Shown here one piece after another: positions 7,992 through 16,819 of a DNA stretch of 32,000 nt (its first letter is position 1; the number at the start of each line of letters is the position of its first letter). A model generated the notes under the pieces. That model was given only the letters and a program-made list of their open reading frames with translations. It had not been told where the DNA came from and searched no databases. The position numbers were made by a program, and so were the translations under genes. The DNA comes from Acaryochloris marina S15 (GTDB taxonomy: Bacteria; Cyanobacteriota; Cyanobacteriia; Thermosynechococcales; Thermosynechococcaceae), in assembly GCF_018336915.1 (NCBI RefSeq), contig NZ_CP064923.1, positions 690,001 to 722,000 on the forward strand. Direction: 5' to 3'.

Positions 7992-8298
7992 TCTGGTGTC
8001 TGGGTATCAGTCTTTACTTTTAGAGTGAGTACAACTAATCTGTATATCTTCCAACGGTTAGGATTGGGATGATTCCCACACTATGTTTGAGGTGGGTCTG
8101 GGAATGTTACTCATCTCTAGTAAGGGCATGAGCAATTTTGATAATTGCGTATACAGATTCTCAAGCTTGCTTCGTTTTTGTCTGAATCTTCAACGCCTTT
8201 GCATGATTGTTGATGCAAGAATCTGAATTGTCTGAGGTTATCAAGCGTTTTTTCGAAATGCCGCGTGAGACCTATTTGGTGGAAGTCACGACACACTG

Positions 8299-8811
8299 CT
8301 AGAGTTTTGCGAGAATTTTTTGTTTGACGGCTTGATATTTTTGTTTAAGAAGCTGTTTACTATCGATTAATGTGCCGGTGGTAGTGGTTTGCTTTGCTGT
8401 CGATAAACAGTCTTTGAGCAATTGGCACTGCCGCTCTGGAATTTTAATGGTGACAACGCTCACGGGTTGCCCCGGATTGGATGCATCAAACAACATGAGT
8501 AGGTAATACCCCATTTCACTCAGTAATTTGGTGATATGCTGACCGCCAGTATCTTTTAGATCGACATAGCATGGGAGCCATCGCGGACCTTGTTGGCGAT
8601 CAAATAAAGTGGTGATCCAAAGAATGGCTGGGTGAGGGGTAAAGGTACATAGGAAATTACTATGACGCTTGCTGAGAGATCGTTGCTCAATTTCTTGTTT
8701 GGTCAGCATTACCCATAAGCCTACGGCTTCTTGATCCGAGGATTGAATGGTTTGTGCAAATACAATGTTGGCGATGGGTTTATTCTCAGGCCAGGAGGCT
8801 CGCCATGCCAA
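8299..8811 (-). CDS. Hypothetical protein; probably the detached C-terminal domain of the upstream Ser/Thr kinase
   Basis: The track start is a TTG with no ATG. The same frame is stop-free upstream to 9012 and overlaps the kinase 3' end. One extra C in the C7 run (8883..8889) would fuse it to the kinase frame. Confidence 0.5.
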   Translation of the reverse strand: MAWRASWPENKPIANIVFAQTIQSSDQEAVGLWVMLTKQEIEQRSLSKRHSNFLCTFTPHPAILWITTLFDRQQGPRWLPCYVDLKDTGGQHITKLLSEMGYYLLMLFDASNPGQPVSVVTIKIPERQCQLLKDCLSTAKQTTTTGTLIDSKQLLKQKYQAVKQKILAKL

Positions 8812-8855
8812 ATCTTCGGTGGACCAAAAGACAACTTGTGTTTGCTCGGCAACGG

Positions 8856-9971
8856 TTAAGTTGGCACGCTGAGTCTGCTGTTGGGGGGGATTGAGGCTAA
8901 GTCGATAGATGAGTTGTTGATCAAAGATGGAGCGACCCCTGGTCCTGGGTGAGAAATGCCCTTTAATGTCTTGATGATGTCTGTGACCGATTGAGGTCTT
9001 TGGGTTGGAGACTTAGCTAAACAACTCATCACTAAGTCTTCGAGGGCTCCAGGGATCTTCAGGGTCGGAGCTACATCTCGGAGTCGTTGAGGGGGAAATT
9101 GTTGATGCGCCTGGGCCCAACTTTCAATTGTGTTGGCTGTAGCCATAATTGGGAAATAGCCAGTAAGGGTTTCAAACATGGTGATTCCCAAACTGTAAAT
9201 ATCAGAACGAGCATCAACGACTGCACCAGAAAATTGCTCGGGGGAGCCATAGGCAACGGTTCCCACAAAGGCATGAGAGCGCAGATCCTCAGACTGGCTA
9301 CTTAAAAAGTCCGCAATTCCGAAGTCTAGAAGTTTGGTAAGTTCGCCTAAGCTGGCATCTTTGATCAGAAAAATATTACTAGGTTTGATATCTCGGTGAA
9401 TGACTTGATGGAGTTCACCTTCGATATTGATGCCTTGATGGGCACACTTCATGCCTGCACAGACCTGGGTCATGATGTGAATGAAGCGATTTAAGGGTAA
9501 ACGACCTGCTTCAATTAGGTCATCCAGGGTTTGCCCTTGCATAAATTCCATGACATAGAACGGAATATGCTCTTCATGTAAGCCGTAGTCTAGTACTCGT
9601 ACGATATTCAAGCTTTGATGGCCTAGTAAGGCACCAATCCGTGCTTCTCTCGCAAAACGAGATGCGATCGCATCATTGTTTAGGGTATGGGTTAAAAATT
9701 TTACGGCGACGGTCACGTCACCCAGCAGTTGATCTTGGGCTCGATAGACACTGCCCATAGCGCCACTGCCCACCAACTCCATCAGCTTGTAGCGATCGAT
9801 TAAGAGTTGACCAACCTGAATACTAGATTTTTGGCTTTTTGTCGGCGCGGACGATTGATTGAACTTAAAATATTTGTTGAGCAGCTTCACTGACGGTGTA
9901 TCCCCGGTTCTGCGAAAAAACCTAGATCGCTTTATTCTTAGTTTGCCCGGAGAACAGGCTGGACCACACAA
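8856..9971 (-). CDS. Serine/threonine protein kinase (Hanks type)
   Basis: GSGAMGSVYRA glycine loop, VAVK, HRDIKPSN catalytic loop, DFG and a GTVAYGSPE activation segment. The start is uncertain: TTG at 9971, or GTG at 9890. Confidence 0.9.
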   Translation of the reverse strand: MCGPACSPGKLRIKRSRFFRRTGDTPSVKLLNKYFKFNQSSAPTKSQKSSIQVGQLLIDRYKLMELVGSGAMGSVYRAQDQLLGDVTVAVKFLTHTLNNDAIASRFAREARIGALLGHQSLNIVRVLDYGLHEEHIPFYVMEFMQGQTLDDLIEAGRLPLNRFIHIMTQVCAGMKCAHQGINIEGELHQVIHRDIKPSNIFLIKDASLGELTKLLDFGIADFLSSQSEDLRSHAFVGTVAYGSPEQFSGAVVDARSDIYSLGITMFETLTGYFPIMATANTIESWAQAHQQFPPQRLRDVAPTLKIPGALEDLVMSCLAKSPTQRPQSVTDIIKTLKGISHPGPGVAPSLINNSSIDLASIPPNSRLSVPT

Positions 9972-10050
9972 GTTAAGTAGACGGGGATCACTACCCTATG
10001 AACGGGATTTGCCAGGACTAGCCGATATATTCGTCTGTTGGAGATAAAAA

Positions 10051-10080
10051 CGAGGCGAGAAAGATACCTTTCTCGCCTCG
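10051..10080 (-). terminator. Rho-independent terminator after the DUF4912 gene
   Basis: CGAGGCGAGAAAG-ATAC-CTTTCTCGCCTCG gives a perfect 13-bp stem. On the minus strand it is followed by TTTTTATCTC. It lies 37 nt after the stop at 10117. Confidence 0.8.
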
Positions 10081-10116
10081 CACTAGTAGAAGTTAAGTTT
10101 TAAGAAAAGGGATGAT

Positions 10117-11406
10117 TTAGACCAACCACTCCAAAACAGCTTCTTCTTTGGTGTTGGTGCGGCGTTCGGGGGTTTCCCGAGTAAACTTCATGTGAATAGA
10201 GCGATTTTGCTCACCATCCGCAGCCACAGCCATGATTGGATAATCAATCAGACCATCTTGGAAAGACATTTGGAATCGGAAAGTCCCGTCAGGATTGAGC
10301 TGGATGGGTTGACCCCCAACGGTGACGGTTGCATCTGGCTCGGTGGCACCGTAAACAATCAGCTCAGCATCAGCGACTAACCAGAATTGGCGAGGTCGAA
10401 TGGGCGGCGCAGAAGCCCCGATTCCGACCCCAGACATGTTCACGCCGGAAGCCGTTGGGATGGCCCAAAGACCGACTCCAGAAGGAAAGACATAGGAACT
10501 CAGGGTAGATTCGTGAGCGGGAGCTTGGGGAGCTTGCTGCATGGAGCCATAAAGAGAACCGGCAACTCGCAGGGCCTCGACGCCTTCAGCCATGCCGAAG
10601 ACCTCTTCATAAATGCTGTTGTCAGATGCAGGAGCCACAGGCTTCTGCTCTGGGGGCACTAGGGTAGCAATCTGCTGGTCCTGTAAGTCCATCTCCCAAT
10701 CGACGGTAACGAACTGATCTTCTACCCAGTCGGAAGGATAGGTGGGGGGGACATGCACTGGAACAGAGCGAGCCAAGACTAACCAGCGACCATCGGCACA
10801 GCGGTAGCCAATTTCAATTACGTAATCGCGATCGCTAACAGGTAGGGGTAAGTACCATTCTTGGGCAAGCTCATCACAAGGATATTCCTGCACACTGTGA
10901 GGGACCTGGTAAGCCAAGTCAATATTCGTGGCATCGTAGAGACGCAATGCGAGTTGTTGTCCTCCCTGATTGCGCAAAATCACCTTGTGGTCATGGGGAA
11001 TATCCCAATAGGTGTAAGCCCATTGGGGATCTCTTGGCATCAGGACAATCCGAGTCTCACCGTACCCTTCGGGTAAGTCGTTAATTTCGGCATCAACCGA
11101 TGCTAACTCCACAGCATCTTCTTGCCCCACTTCAAATTTTGCAGCTTCTACCCGCTCCTGATCCGTCACAGCTCCGGAAAATTCAGGGCTAGCTTGGTGA
11201 TTCATGGTTGCAGGAACCGATGCATTTTTCTGAGCTACGCGAATGGATTCGAGCAACTGGTCTTTGCGCATCCGGCTGTAACGTGACACCCCATAACGGC
11301 TGGCAACACGACGAAGTTGACGCAAAGTCATCTGGTCTAAAGGCAATTGTTCTGGGGACATATCAGCAGAGACCTCTAAGGGTAACGAACGATTTGAGAG
11401 CGCCAT
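10117..11406 (-). CDS. DUF4912 domain protein with a Rho-N/SAP-like N-terminal domain
   Basis: LTLRQLRRVASRYGVSRYSRMRKDQLLESI is a Rho_N-like helix pair. RIVLMPRDPQWAYTYWDI is characteristic of cyanobacterial DUF4912 proteins. Confidence 0.8.
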   Translation of the reverse strand: MALSNRSLPLEVSADMSPEQLPLDQMTLRQLRRVASRYGVSRYSRMRKDQLLESIRVAQKNASVPATMNHQASPEFSGAVTDQERVEAAKFEVGQEDAVELASVDAEINDLPEGYGETRIVLMPRDPQWAYTYWDIPHDHKVILRNQGGQQLALRLYDATNIDLAYQVPHSVQEYPCDELAQEWYLPLPVSDRDYVIEIGYRCADGRWLVLARSVPVHVPPTYPSDWVEDQFVTVDWEMDLQDQQIATLVPPEQKPVAPASDNSIYEEVFGMAEGVEALRVAGSLYGSMQQAPQAPAHESTLSSYVFPSGVGLWAIPTASGVNMSGVGIGASAPPIRPRQFWLVADAELIVYGATEPDATVTVGGQPIQLNPDGTFRFQMSFQDGLIDYPIMAVAADGEQNRSIHMKFTRETPERRTNTKEEAVLEWLV

Positions 11407-11627
11407 ACCATAGTTAACCTTGAGTAAATATAACTAGTTGGGGATCGCTTTGTTAACAAATATGTACGAGATCTCAGAGTTCGTCAAGGCTTAAAAGCTA
11501 GTAAAAATAGCTTGTTTATGGAAAGTAGGTATTTCTGGGGATCTTATAGTCATGAATTCATGACATTTTAGAGTGTTGAGGGGATCATCTCTTTTATGGA
11601 GGGATCAGAGTGGTGTTCAGTCCTCGA

Positions 11628-11668
11628 TGGGATCGGATCAAAACCACTGCTGTTTTGATCCGATCCCA
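11628..11668. repeat. Hairpin with perfect 17-bp arms
   Basis: TGGGATCGGATCAAAAC (11628..11644) and GTTTTGATCCGATCCCA (11652..11668) are exact reverse complements around a 7-nt loop. The hairpin is 45 nt downstream of the YraN stop on the minus strand, with no U-tract. Confidence 0.8.
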
Positions 11669-11712
11669 CTCCATAACCTACCCATATCGCCCGTAGGGCC
11701 GGTACTTAAGCG

Positions 11713-12231
11713 CTACAGCGTGAATGCAGATTCTATATAGTCGAGCAATATGAATTGATAGCCCCCAACATGGAAAGGCTGTTTGATATCTATGGCAGTC
11801 TCTTGTAACTCATCATGAATATCGACTGTGTTGGCGGGCGGCTTGGAGATCCAGTTGCACTGTACTAAAGCCACATCAAATTGACAGAATAGCTCCGCTA
11901 ATTCGGGATGCTTCCCTAGATAAATTTGGGCTGTTTTCCATAGCTTTTGCTGTTTCGACTGCGTAATCGCTAAAAGACCATCCGCATCCCAATTTTGAGC
12001 CTGACGGGTTTTGACTTCTACGAAGGCCAGACGATTGGCATTGATATGAGGGGCAGGGGTGGAAGCGCTAGATCTGGCGATAATATCGATTTCACCCCAT
12101 CGACAAAGCCAGCGTCTGTCGAGAATGTGCCATTGCTGCTGGGTGAGCCATTGACAGACAAGTTGTTCACCCCACTCTCCCACTTGGAGGTTGAGGGACT
12201 GACGATTGGGGCGAGGTGCAGCAGGAGGCAT
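11713..12231 (-). CDS. YraN family (UPF0102) endonuclease-like protein
   Basis: GEWGEQLVCQWL...RRWLCRWGEIDIIA...LAFVEVKTR...FDVALV matches the YraN pattern. The likely start is the internal ATG at 12231 (MPPAAPRP); the ORF track starts at 12291. Confidence 0.8.
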   Translation of the reverse strand: MPPAAPRPNRQSLNLQVGEWGEQLVCQWLTQQQWHILDRRWLCRWGEIDIIARSSASTPAPHINANRLAFVEVKTRQAQNWDADGLLAITQSKQQKLWKTAQIYLGKHPELAELFCQFDVALVQCNWISKPPANTVDIHDELQETAIDIKQPFHVGGYQFILLDYIESAFTL

Positions 12232-12333
12232 ATTTCTTTCAAGCAGCCAAGAGTCCGATAGGATCAATACATACACTATCGGCTTCATCATCCTTGATCG
12301 CGTTGTTACTCCCCTGACTTAAAGACAATAATT

Positions 12334-12861
12334 ATGAAAATGAAAGGTTTAAACTTATCCACAGCTTTTCCACAGCTCAGACGCATAGTGTGGACTTGTG
12401 TCATGACCGGGTTTTTGGTTGGCTTCAGCCTGACCAGTTGGCTGCCCACGGCTCAGGCAGATGTCTATAACAAAGAGATATTGTTAAACGCCGATTTTTC
12501 TAATCGTGATTTAACGGACGCTAGCTTTACCAAGGCTGATCTCCGAGGGAGCGATTTTAGTAATAGTGATTTACGCGGGGTGAGCTTTTTTGCCGCCAAT
12601 TTAGAGGACGTCAATTTAGAAGGGGCGAATCTTAGCGTCGCTACCTTAGATAGTGCTCGATTTGCGCGGGCTAATCTCACAAATGCCAATCTAGAAGGGG
12701 CTTTTGCCTTTAATACTGAATTTCGTCGAGCGATTATCGATGGTGCCGATTTTACCGATGTTGATGTGCGAGATGACACCCTAGAAGTGCTCTGTGCGGC
12801 TGCCCAAGGCACCAATCCCGTGACAGGACGGAACACTCGGGATACTTTGTATTGTGAGTAG
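12334..12861 (+). CDS. Pentapeptide repeat protein with a signal/TM N-terminus (thylakoid-lumen type)
   Basis: Runs of A(D/N)LxG-type pentapeptides (ADLRGSDFSNSDLRGVSFFAANLEDVNLEGANLSVATL...) follow a hydrophobic leader ending in AQA. Confidence 0.9.
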   Translation: MKMKGLNLSTAFPQLRRIVWTCVMTGFLVGFSLTSWLPTAQADVYNKEILLNADFSNRDLTDASFTKADLRGSDFSNSDLRGVSFFAANLEDVNLEGANLSVATLDSARFARANLTNANLEGAFAFNTEFRRAIIDGADFTDVDVRDDTLEVLCAAAQGTNPVTGRNTRDTLYCE

Positions 12862-12927
12862 ACCGATTTTGATGAGCATCATGGCGAAAAGCTTCCCTTT
12901 CGGTCAACGGCTACTAGGAACTGTATT

Positions 12928-14562
12928 GTGAATGCGATCGCAACCCGATTCCAGCTCCATAAACTCTCTCGCAAGTGGATTGGACTTTTTTGTCTGGTGG
13001 TATTGCTGGTCTTGAGCTGTAGTCCTCGTCCTTCAGACTTATCTACCAATTCAGAAGAGGGGCGAATTACCCTGGGTAGCACAGCCAAAATTCGGACGAT
13101 TGATCCGGCAGACGCCTATGAACTCTTCCCCGCGACGTTGCTCTATAACATGGGTGAAACCCTTTATACCTATGATTTAGACAACACCACACTCAAGCCA
13201 CAATTAGCAACTGCCTTGCCCACGGTTAGTGAGGATGGCCTGATATACAAGATTCCCTTGCGACAAGGGGTTGTCTTTCACGATGGCACCCCCTTTAACG
13301 CCGAGGCCATGGCCTTTTCCTTGCAGCGGTTTATGGACAATGGCGGCCAACCGTCTTTTTTGCTCGCTGAACCGATTGCTGAGGTCAAAGCGTCTGGAGA
13401 CTATGAACTGCAAATTACCCTCAGCCAGCCTTTTGCAGCCTTACCGGCTCTGTTAACCTTTTTTGGGGCTTGTGCCGTTTCGCCGCAAGCCTACACCATT
13501 GGTCCAGGTGCATTTAAACCCAAGAGCTTTGTGGGAACTGGACCTTATAAACTGGTGGACTACCGCAGCGATAATATTCGGTTGGATGTCTTCGAGCAAT
13601 ATTGGGGTGATAAACCTGCGAACTCAGGCATTAATCTGCAGCTTTTTTCGACACCTGCCAATCTCTTTAACCAGTTTAAAACAGGTGCCATTGACGTTGG
13701 CTATCAAGGGTTAGAAACAGACCAAATTCAAAGTCTACAGGCAGAGGCATCCTTGGCTGAGTGGCAAGTGATTGAGGCTAAGGGCAATGCCGTTACCCAT
13801 ATGGTGTTGAACGTCAAGCAGAAGCCTTTAGACCAGGTGACTGTTCGACGGGCTATTGCTCTGCTCGTGGATCGCCCCCTCATTAAGAAGCGGGTTTATC
13901 AGGGACAAGCAGAACCTCTATATAGTCTGATTCCTAGTACGTTCGATGCCGCTCGGCCTGTATTCCAAAGTAAATATGGCGATGGAGATGCAGCTCAAGC
14001 CCGTCAGCTGTTAACGGCTGCAGGCTATTCTGCTCAAAAGCCCCTAACGCTGGATCTGTGGTATCCATCCAATTATGTGGCACGACGTCTGATTGCGAAC
14101 TTGATGAAAGCTGTTGTTGAAGAGCGATCTCAAGGGATTCTCAAGCTGAAGTTAGAAGGTGTGGAATCTACCGTTGGCAATAACAGTTTGTCCAAAGGGA
14201 TTTATCCAGCCTATTTAGTCAACTGGTATCCAGACTTTTTTGACCCGGATACCTATATTCAACCGTTTCTGTCTTGCAGCAAAGGAACAGAGAGCAATGG
14301 CTGTGAAGAAGGGGCGAGTCGCTCCCTCGGGTCTTTTTACTACAACGGCAAGATCAATCGATTAATTGAGCAACAGCGTCAAACTCAAGATGATCAAGAG
14401 CGCCAGACTTTTTTGACCCAGATTCAGGAAGTCTTAGCGGAAGATATTCCCTACATCCCCCTCATTCAGCGAAAGGAATACGCGTTTAGTGGCAAAGGAA
14501 TTGAGGGTGTCCAGATTACCAAAACCCAGCAGTTTCCCCTATGGACCATTCGTAAGTCTTAG
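12928..14562 (+). CDS. ABC transporter substrate-binding protein, family 5 (peptide/nickel type), lipoprotein
   Basis: 544 aa with a GTG start. The leader has a lipobox-like VLSC, and the overall pattern resembles OppA/DppA (family 5) binding proteins. Confidence 0.9.
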   Translation: MNAIATRFQLHKLSRKWIGLFCLVVLLVLSCSPRPSDLSTNSEEGRITLGSTAKIRTIDPADAYELFPATLLYNMGETLYTYDLDNTTLKPQLATALPTVSEDGLIYKIPLRQGVVFHDGTPFNAEAMAFSLQRFMDNGGQPSFLLAEPIAEVKASGDYELQITLSQPFAALPALLTFFGACAVSPQAYTIGPGAFKPKSFVGTGPYKLVDYRSDNIRLDVFEQYWGDKPANSGINLQLFSTPANLFNQFKTGAIDVGYQGLETDQIQSLQAEASLAEWQVIEAKGNAVTHMVLNVKQKPLDQVTVRRAIALLVDRPLIKKRVYQGQAEPLYSLIPSTFDAARPVFQSKYGDGDAAQARQLLTAAGYSAQKPLTLDLWYPSNYVARRLIANLMKAVVEERSQGILKLKLEGVESTVGNNSLSKGIYPAYLVNWYPDFFDPDTYIQPFLSCSKGTESNGCEEGASRSLGSFYYNGKINRLIEQQRQTQDDQERQTFLTQIQEVLAEDIPYIPLIQRKEYAFSGKGIEGVQITKTQQFPLWTIRKS

Positions 14563-14603
14563 GGTTGTCCTTTTGGGCAGCGATGGGTTTGACAGGGCGG
14601 GCT

Positions 14604-14909
14604 TTAATACAGGCCTTCTTCTTGATCGGTGGCAATGGTGCAGTCTGATAGAGCATAGGTTACACATAGCAAGGCATAACCTTCGCCAATTTGGTCATCG
14701 TCTAAGAAGGATTGGTCAGCTTGATCGATGGTGCCTTTGATGAGTTTGCCTGCACAAGATGAACATGCGCCTGCCCGACAGGAAAAGGGTAGATCGAGAC
14801 CATTATCTTCAGCAACATCCAGAATATATTCATCGTCTGGAACGTCAATGGTTTCTTCAAGTCCCTTTTCTTCATTAATCAAAGTGACTTTGTAGTAGGT
14901 GGTCATCAC
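14604..14909 (-). CDS. petF: Plant-type [2Fe-2S] ferredoxin
   Basis: YKVTLINEE...[13 protein letters not shown]...[13 protein letters not shown]...LLCV carries the four Cys ligands. It is highly similar to cyanobacterial PetF. Confidence 0.95.
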   Translation of the reverse strand: MMTTYYKVTLINEEKGLEETIDVPDDEYILDVAEDNGLDLPFSCRAGACSSCAGKLIKGTIDQADQSFLDDDQIGEGYALLCVTYALSDCTIATDQEEGLY

Positions 14910-14962
14910 AAGTCTCCTAAACGAAAAAGCTGTATGTCATGAAAAGCTGAAGCTCAAACTAT

Positions 14963-15742
14963 TCAGGCACTGGGCAATGTGGGGGGTAGAACCGTTAACG
15001 CGACCAAACAGACATAGACCATAGTGAAATAGGTTTCAAAACGAGCAATATGCTCAAAGCGACATTGGGTGTACCAGTCTCGTTGCCAGATGACGACTGC
15101 AAATTTCAACAGGGCTACGGCAAAAGTTAGGGCGGTGAGTGGTAGTAGCCAATGGCTGTAGAACAATCCCAGGGTGATCAAAATGGCAATGCTCAAGAAG
15201 ATGAAGCTGGGTTTGAGATTGCTGGTTTTGGTTTTGCGGAGCTTAATCGTAAAAATAGCGCTGGCATAAAATAATGTATTCAATATCCATAAGCCCCAGG
15301 CTTGTGGGGTTAAATTGCCCGTTGTTGCCCCATAGGTTAGTAGTGTGGACAGGCATATGGCGGCAAACATGACCAACTCATTGGCAATGGATTTTTGTTG
15401 GTGTTTGAGAACTGCGATCGCATCTAGAATCAGAGCAATAGCGCCACACAAGTACAACCACATCAATATTGGACTGTGCCTAGCCAGATAAAAGGCAATT
15501 AAGAGACTAGAACCGCCGTACATACTGGCCCAAACCAAATATCTAGGCTTCCAGCTCCGTCGCTGTTTGACTTGGACAATCAATGGATGCTCGGCTTGCA
15601 ACGCACAACCTGCACAAACACAGGCCCAAGTTGTATCGCTGGTCCAGGATTGGGCTAAGGCAGCACCAGAGAGTAACGATCCGAATAAAACCAGCAAAGC
15701 GCCATGTTCTGGGGCAAAAGTGGGGCGATACCAAGAGTGCAT
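14963..15742 (-). CDS. YwiC-like family membrane protein
   Basis: Polytopic membrane protein. The WYRPTFAPEHGALLVL motif near the N-terminus is typical of the YwiC-like family. The likely start is the internal ATG at 15742; the track starts at 15811. Confidence 0.7.
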   Translation of the reverse strand: MHSWYRPTFAPEHGALLVLFGSLLSGAALAQSWTSDTTWACVCAGCALQAEHPLIVQVKQRRSWKPRYLVWASMYGGSSLLIAFYLARHSPILMWLYLCGAIALILDAIAVLKHQQKSIANELVMFAAICLSTLLTYGATTGNLTPQAWGLWILNTLFYASAIFTIKLRKTKTSNLKPSFIFLSIAILITLGLFYSHWLLPLTALTFAVALLKFAVVIWQRDWYTQCRFEHIARFETYFTMVYVCLVALTVLPPTLPSA

Positions 15743-15954
15743 GGGAGACAAAAGGCAAAAATAAAGGGACAAGCCAAATGAAATGACCCACATTAGGTCA
15801 CAAAAAAACAAAGGGAGTCAGGATCTATGACCCCCCTTGTTAGCGCGGCTCAAGTGAATCAGGTTTCATGACCAGTTAGGTTGTCTAATCAAAAAACTAG
15901 ACACCCTAATTGGTTTTAGAAGAGTTTGGAACCTATCAGATCCAACAACACTTT

Positions 15955-15987
15955 AGTATTAATTGAGAATATATGTCAATTAATACT
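15955..15987. promoter_or_regulatory. 12-bp perfect inverted repeat with a 9-nt spacer; candidate operator
   Basis: AGTATTAATTGA (15955..15966) and TCAATTAATACT (15976..15987) are exact reverse complements. The repeat lies in the intergenic region upstream of the YwiC-like gene. Confidence 0.3.
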
Positions 15988-16110
15988 TTGCCGATCTCCG
16001 TATGGATAGAGATTAGCTCAGCTAATCTGCTTCAGGCATGAGTACAGCAATCTCTCTTCTCCCTGGATGTTTCATAACGTCTGCTGTCTAGGAAAGCAGA
16101 ATTCTTAGAT

Positions 16111-16317
16111 TTAGTAGGACGACTCGGGCTTTTGAGTTTCATGGGGGGATAAGGCCTGAAAAGGCTCCCCTGCAAATCGTTGACTATGGCTGACGCGAAC
16201 ATATGCGATGGCAAATGTACCGAGAAAAGCCATCCAAAGTCCCACACCCAACATTACATACTTATGCATAGAGCGAGTGGTCAAGCTAGTTGAGGGTGTT
16301 TTTGTCTGAGTTTGCAT
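16111..16317 (-). CDS. Small hypothetical single-TM protein (third gene of the membrane cluster)
   Basis: 68 aa with one clear TM helix (YVMLGVGLWMAFLGTFAIAYV). It starts 28 nt after the stop of the upstream gene, with a GAGG about 15 nt upstream of the ATG. Confidence 0.3.
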   Translation of the reverse strand: MQTQTKTPSTSLTTRSMHKYVMLGVGLWMAFLGTFAIAYVRVSHSQRFAGEPFQALSPHETQKPESSY

Positions 16318-16345
16318 TGTGTTGATAAGACCTCAAAGAATATTG

Positions 16346-16801
16346 TTAATGGGGCATTAAAGGTAAGTATGGAAAAATCGGGTGCCAATTCATGACAGTG
16401 GCAGCCACTAGAAAAAAGATCAGGCTGCCATAGAGGCTGTTGGCACGAATATTCCGCGTTTTCCAAAGCTGATGTAGAATCGCCCAGCTCAAAAGCCAGC
16501 TGACCAGCATTAAGGTTTCCTTACCGGAATAGCTGCCAATTTCTCCATAGACCTGATCGCCAGTGCGGCTGCCTGGAATCCATTCCCCTAAGGACCAAAC
16601 AATGGCATTCCAACCCTTAAACAAGACCGTTAAGTGTTGATTTACCATCAGTAAAAAGCAGCTAAATGCAGCGCTCAGAAGAGCGGCAGCGGCGGGGCCA
16701 GAGACCGTGGGAGCCTCGGGTGCTCCGTTAGCAAGGGATTGGGGGAATTGTTTGAGCCAATTCCCCACTCTGAGATAGAGCGGTTGTGACATTGATTTCA
16801 T
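16346..16801 (-). CDS. Hypothetical integral membrane protein
   Basis: 151 aa with about 4 hydrophobic segments. It starts 18 nt after the stop of the upstream gene. I recognise no family. Confidence 0.6.
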   Translation of the reverse strand: MKSMSQPLYLRVGNWLKQFPQSLANGAPEAPTVSGPAAAALLSAAFSCFLLMVNQHLTVLFKGWNAIVWSLGEWIPGSRTGDQVYGEIGSYSGKETLMLVSWLLSWAILHQLWKTRNIRANSLYGSLIFFLVAATVMNWHPIFPYLPLMPH

Positions 16802-16819
16802 AGGTTACGGATGGCTAAA

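Noticed and set aside
7932-8090. Possible decayed sensor-repeat coding sequence after the STAND gene stop
   Set aside because: Reading through the TAG gives only about 46 more codons before the next stop. The peptide (EHSSIAAYRVLGNKLIDEDPSGVWVSVFTF...) shows no WD40 or TPR periodicity.
8037-8159. 10-bp inverted repeat AATCTGTATA / TATACAGATT flanking 103 bp, considered as a MITE
   Set aside because: The arms are short, there are no flanking direct repeats, and there is no similarity to the ends of the IS in the window. It could easily arise by chance in AT-rich DNA.
12465-12836. 123-aa minus-strand ORF antisense to the pentapeptide-repeat gene
   Set aside because: The periodic repeat DNA keeps the antisense frame open. 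The translation is a monotonous Ser/Lys/Ala/Leu/Arg repeat, and the sense-strand pentapeptide protein is clearly the real gene.
16032-16466. ORFs 16032..16247 and 16281..16466 on the minus strand
   Set aside because: They are alternative frames overlapping the 68-aa and 151-aa membrane ORFs. Their translations lack coherent hydrophobic segments, unlike the chosen frames.
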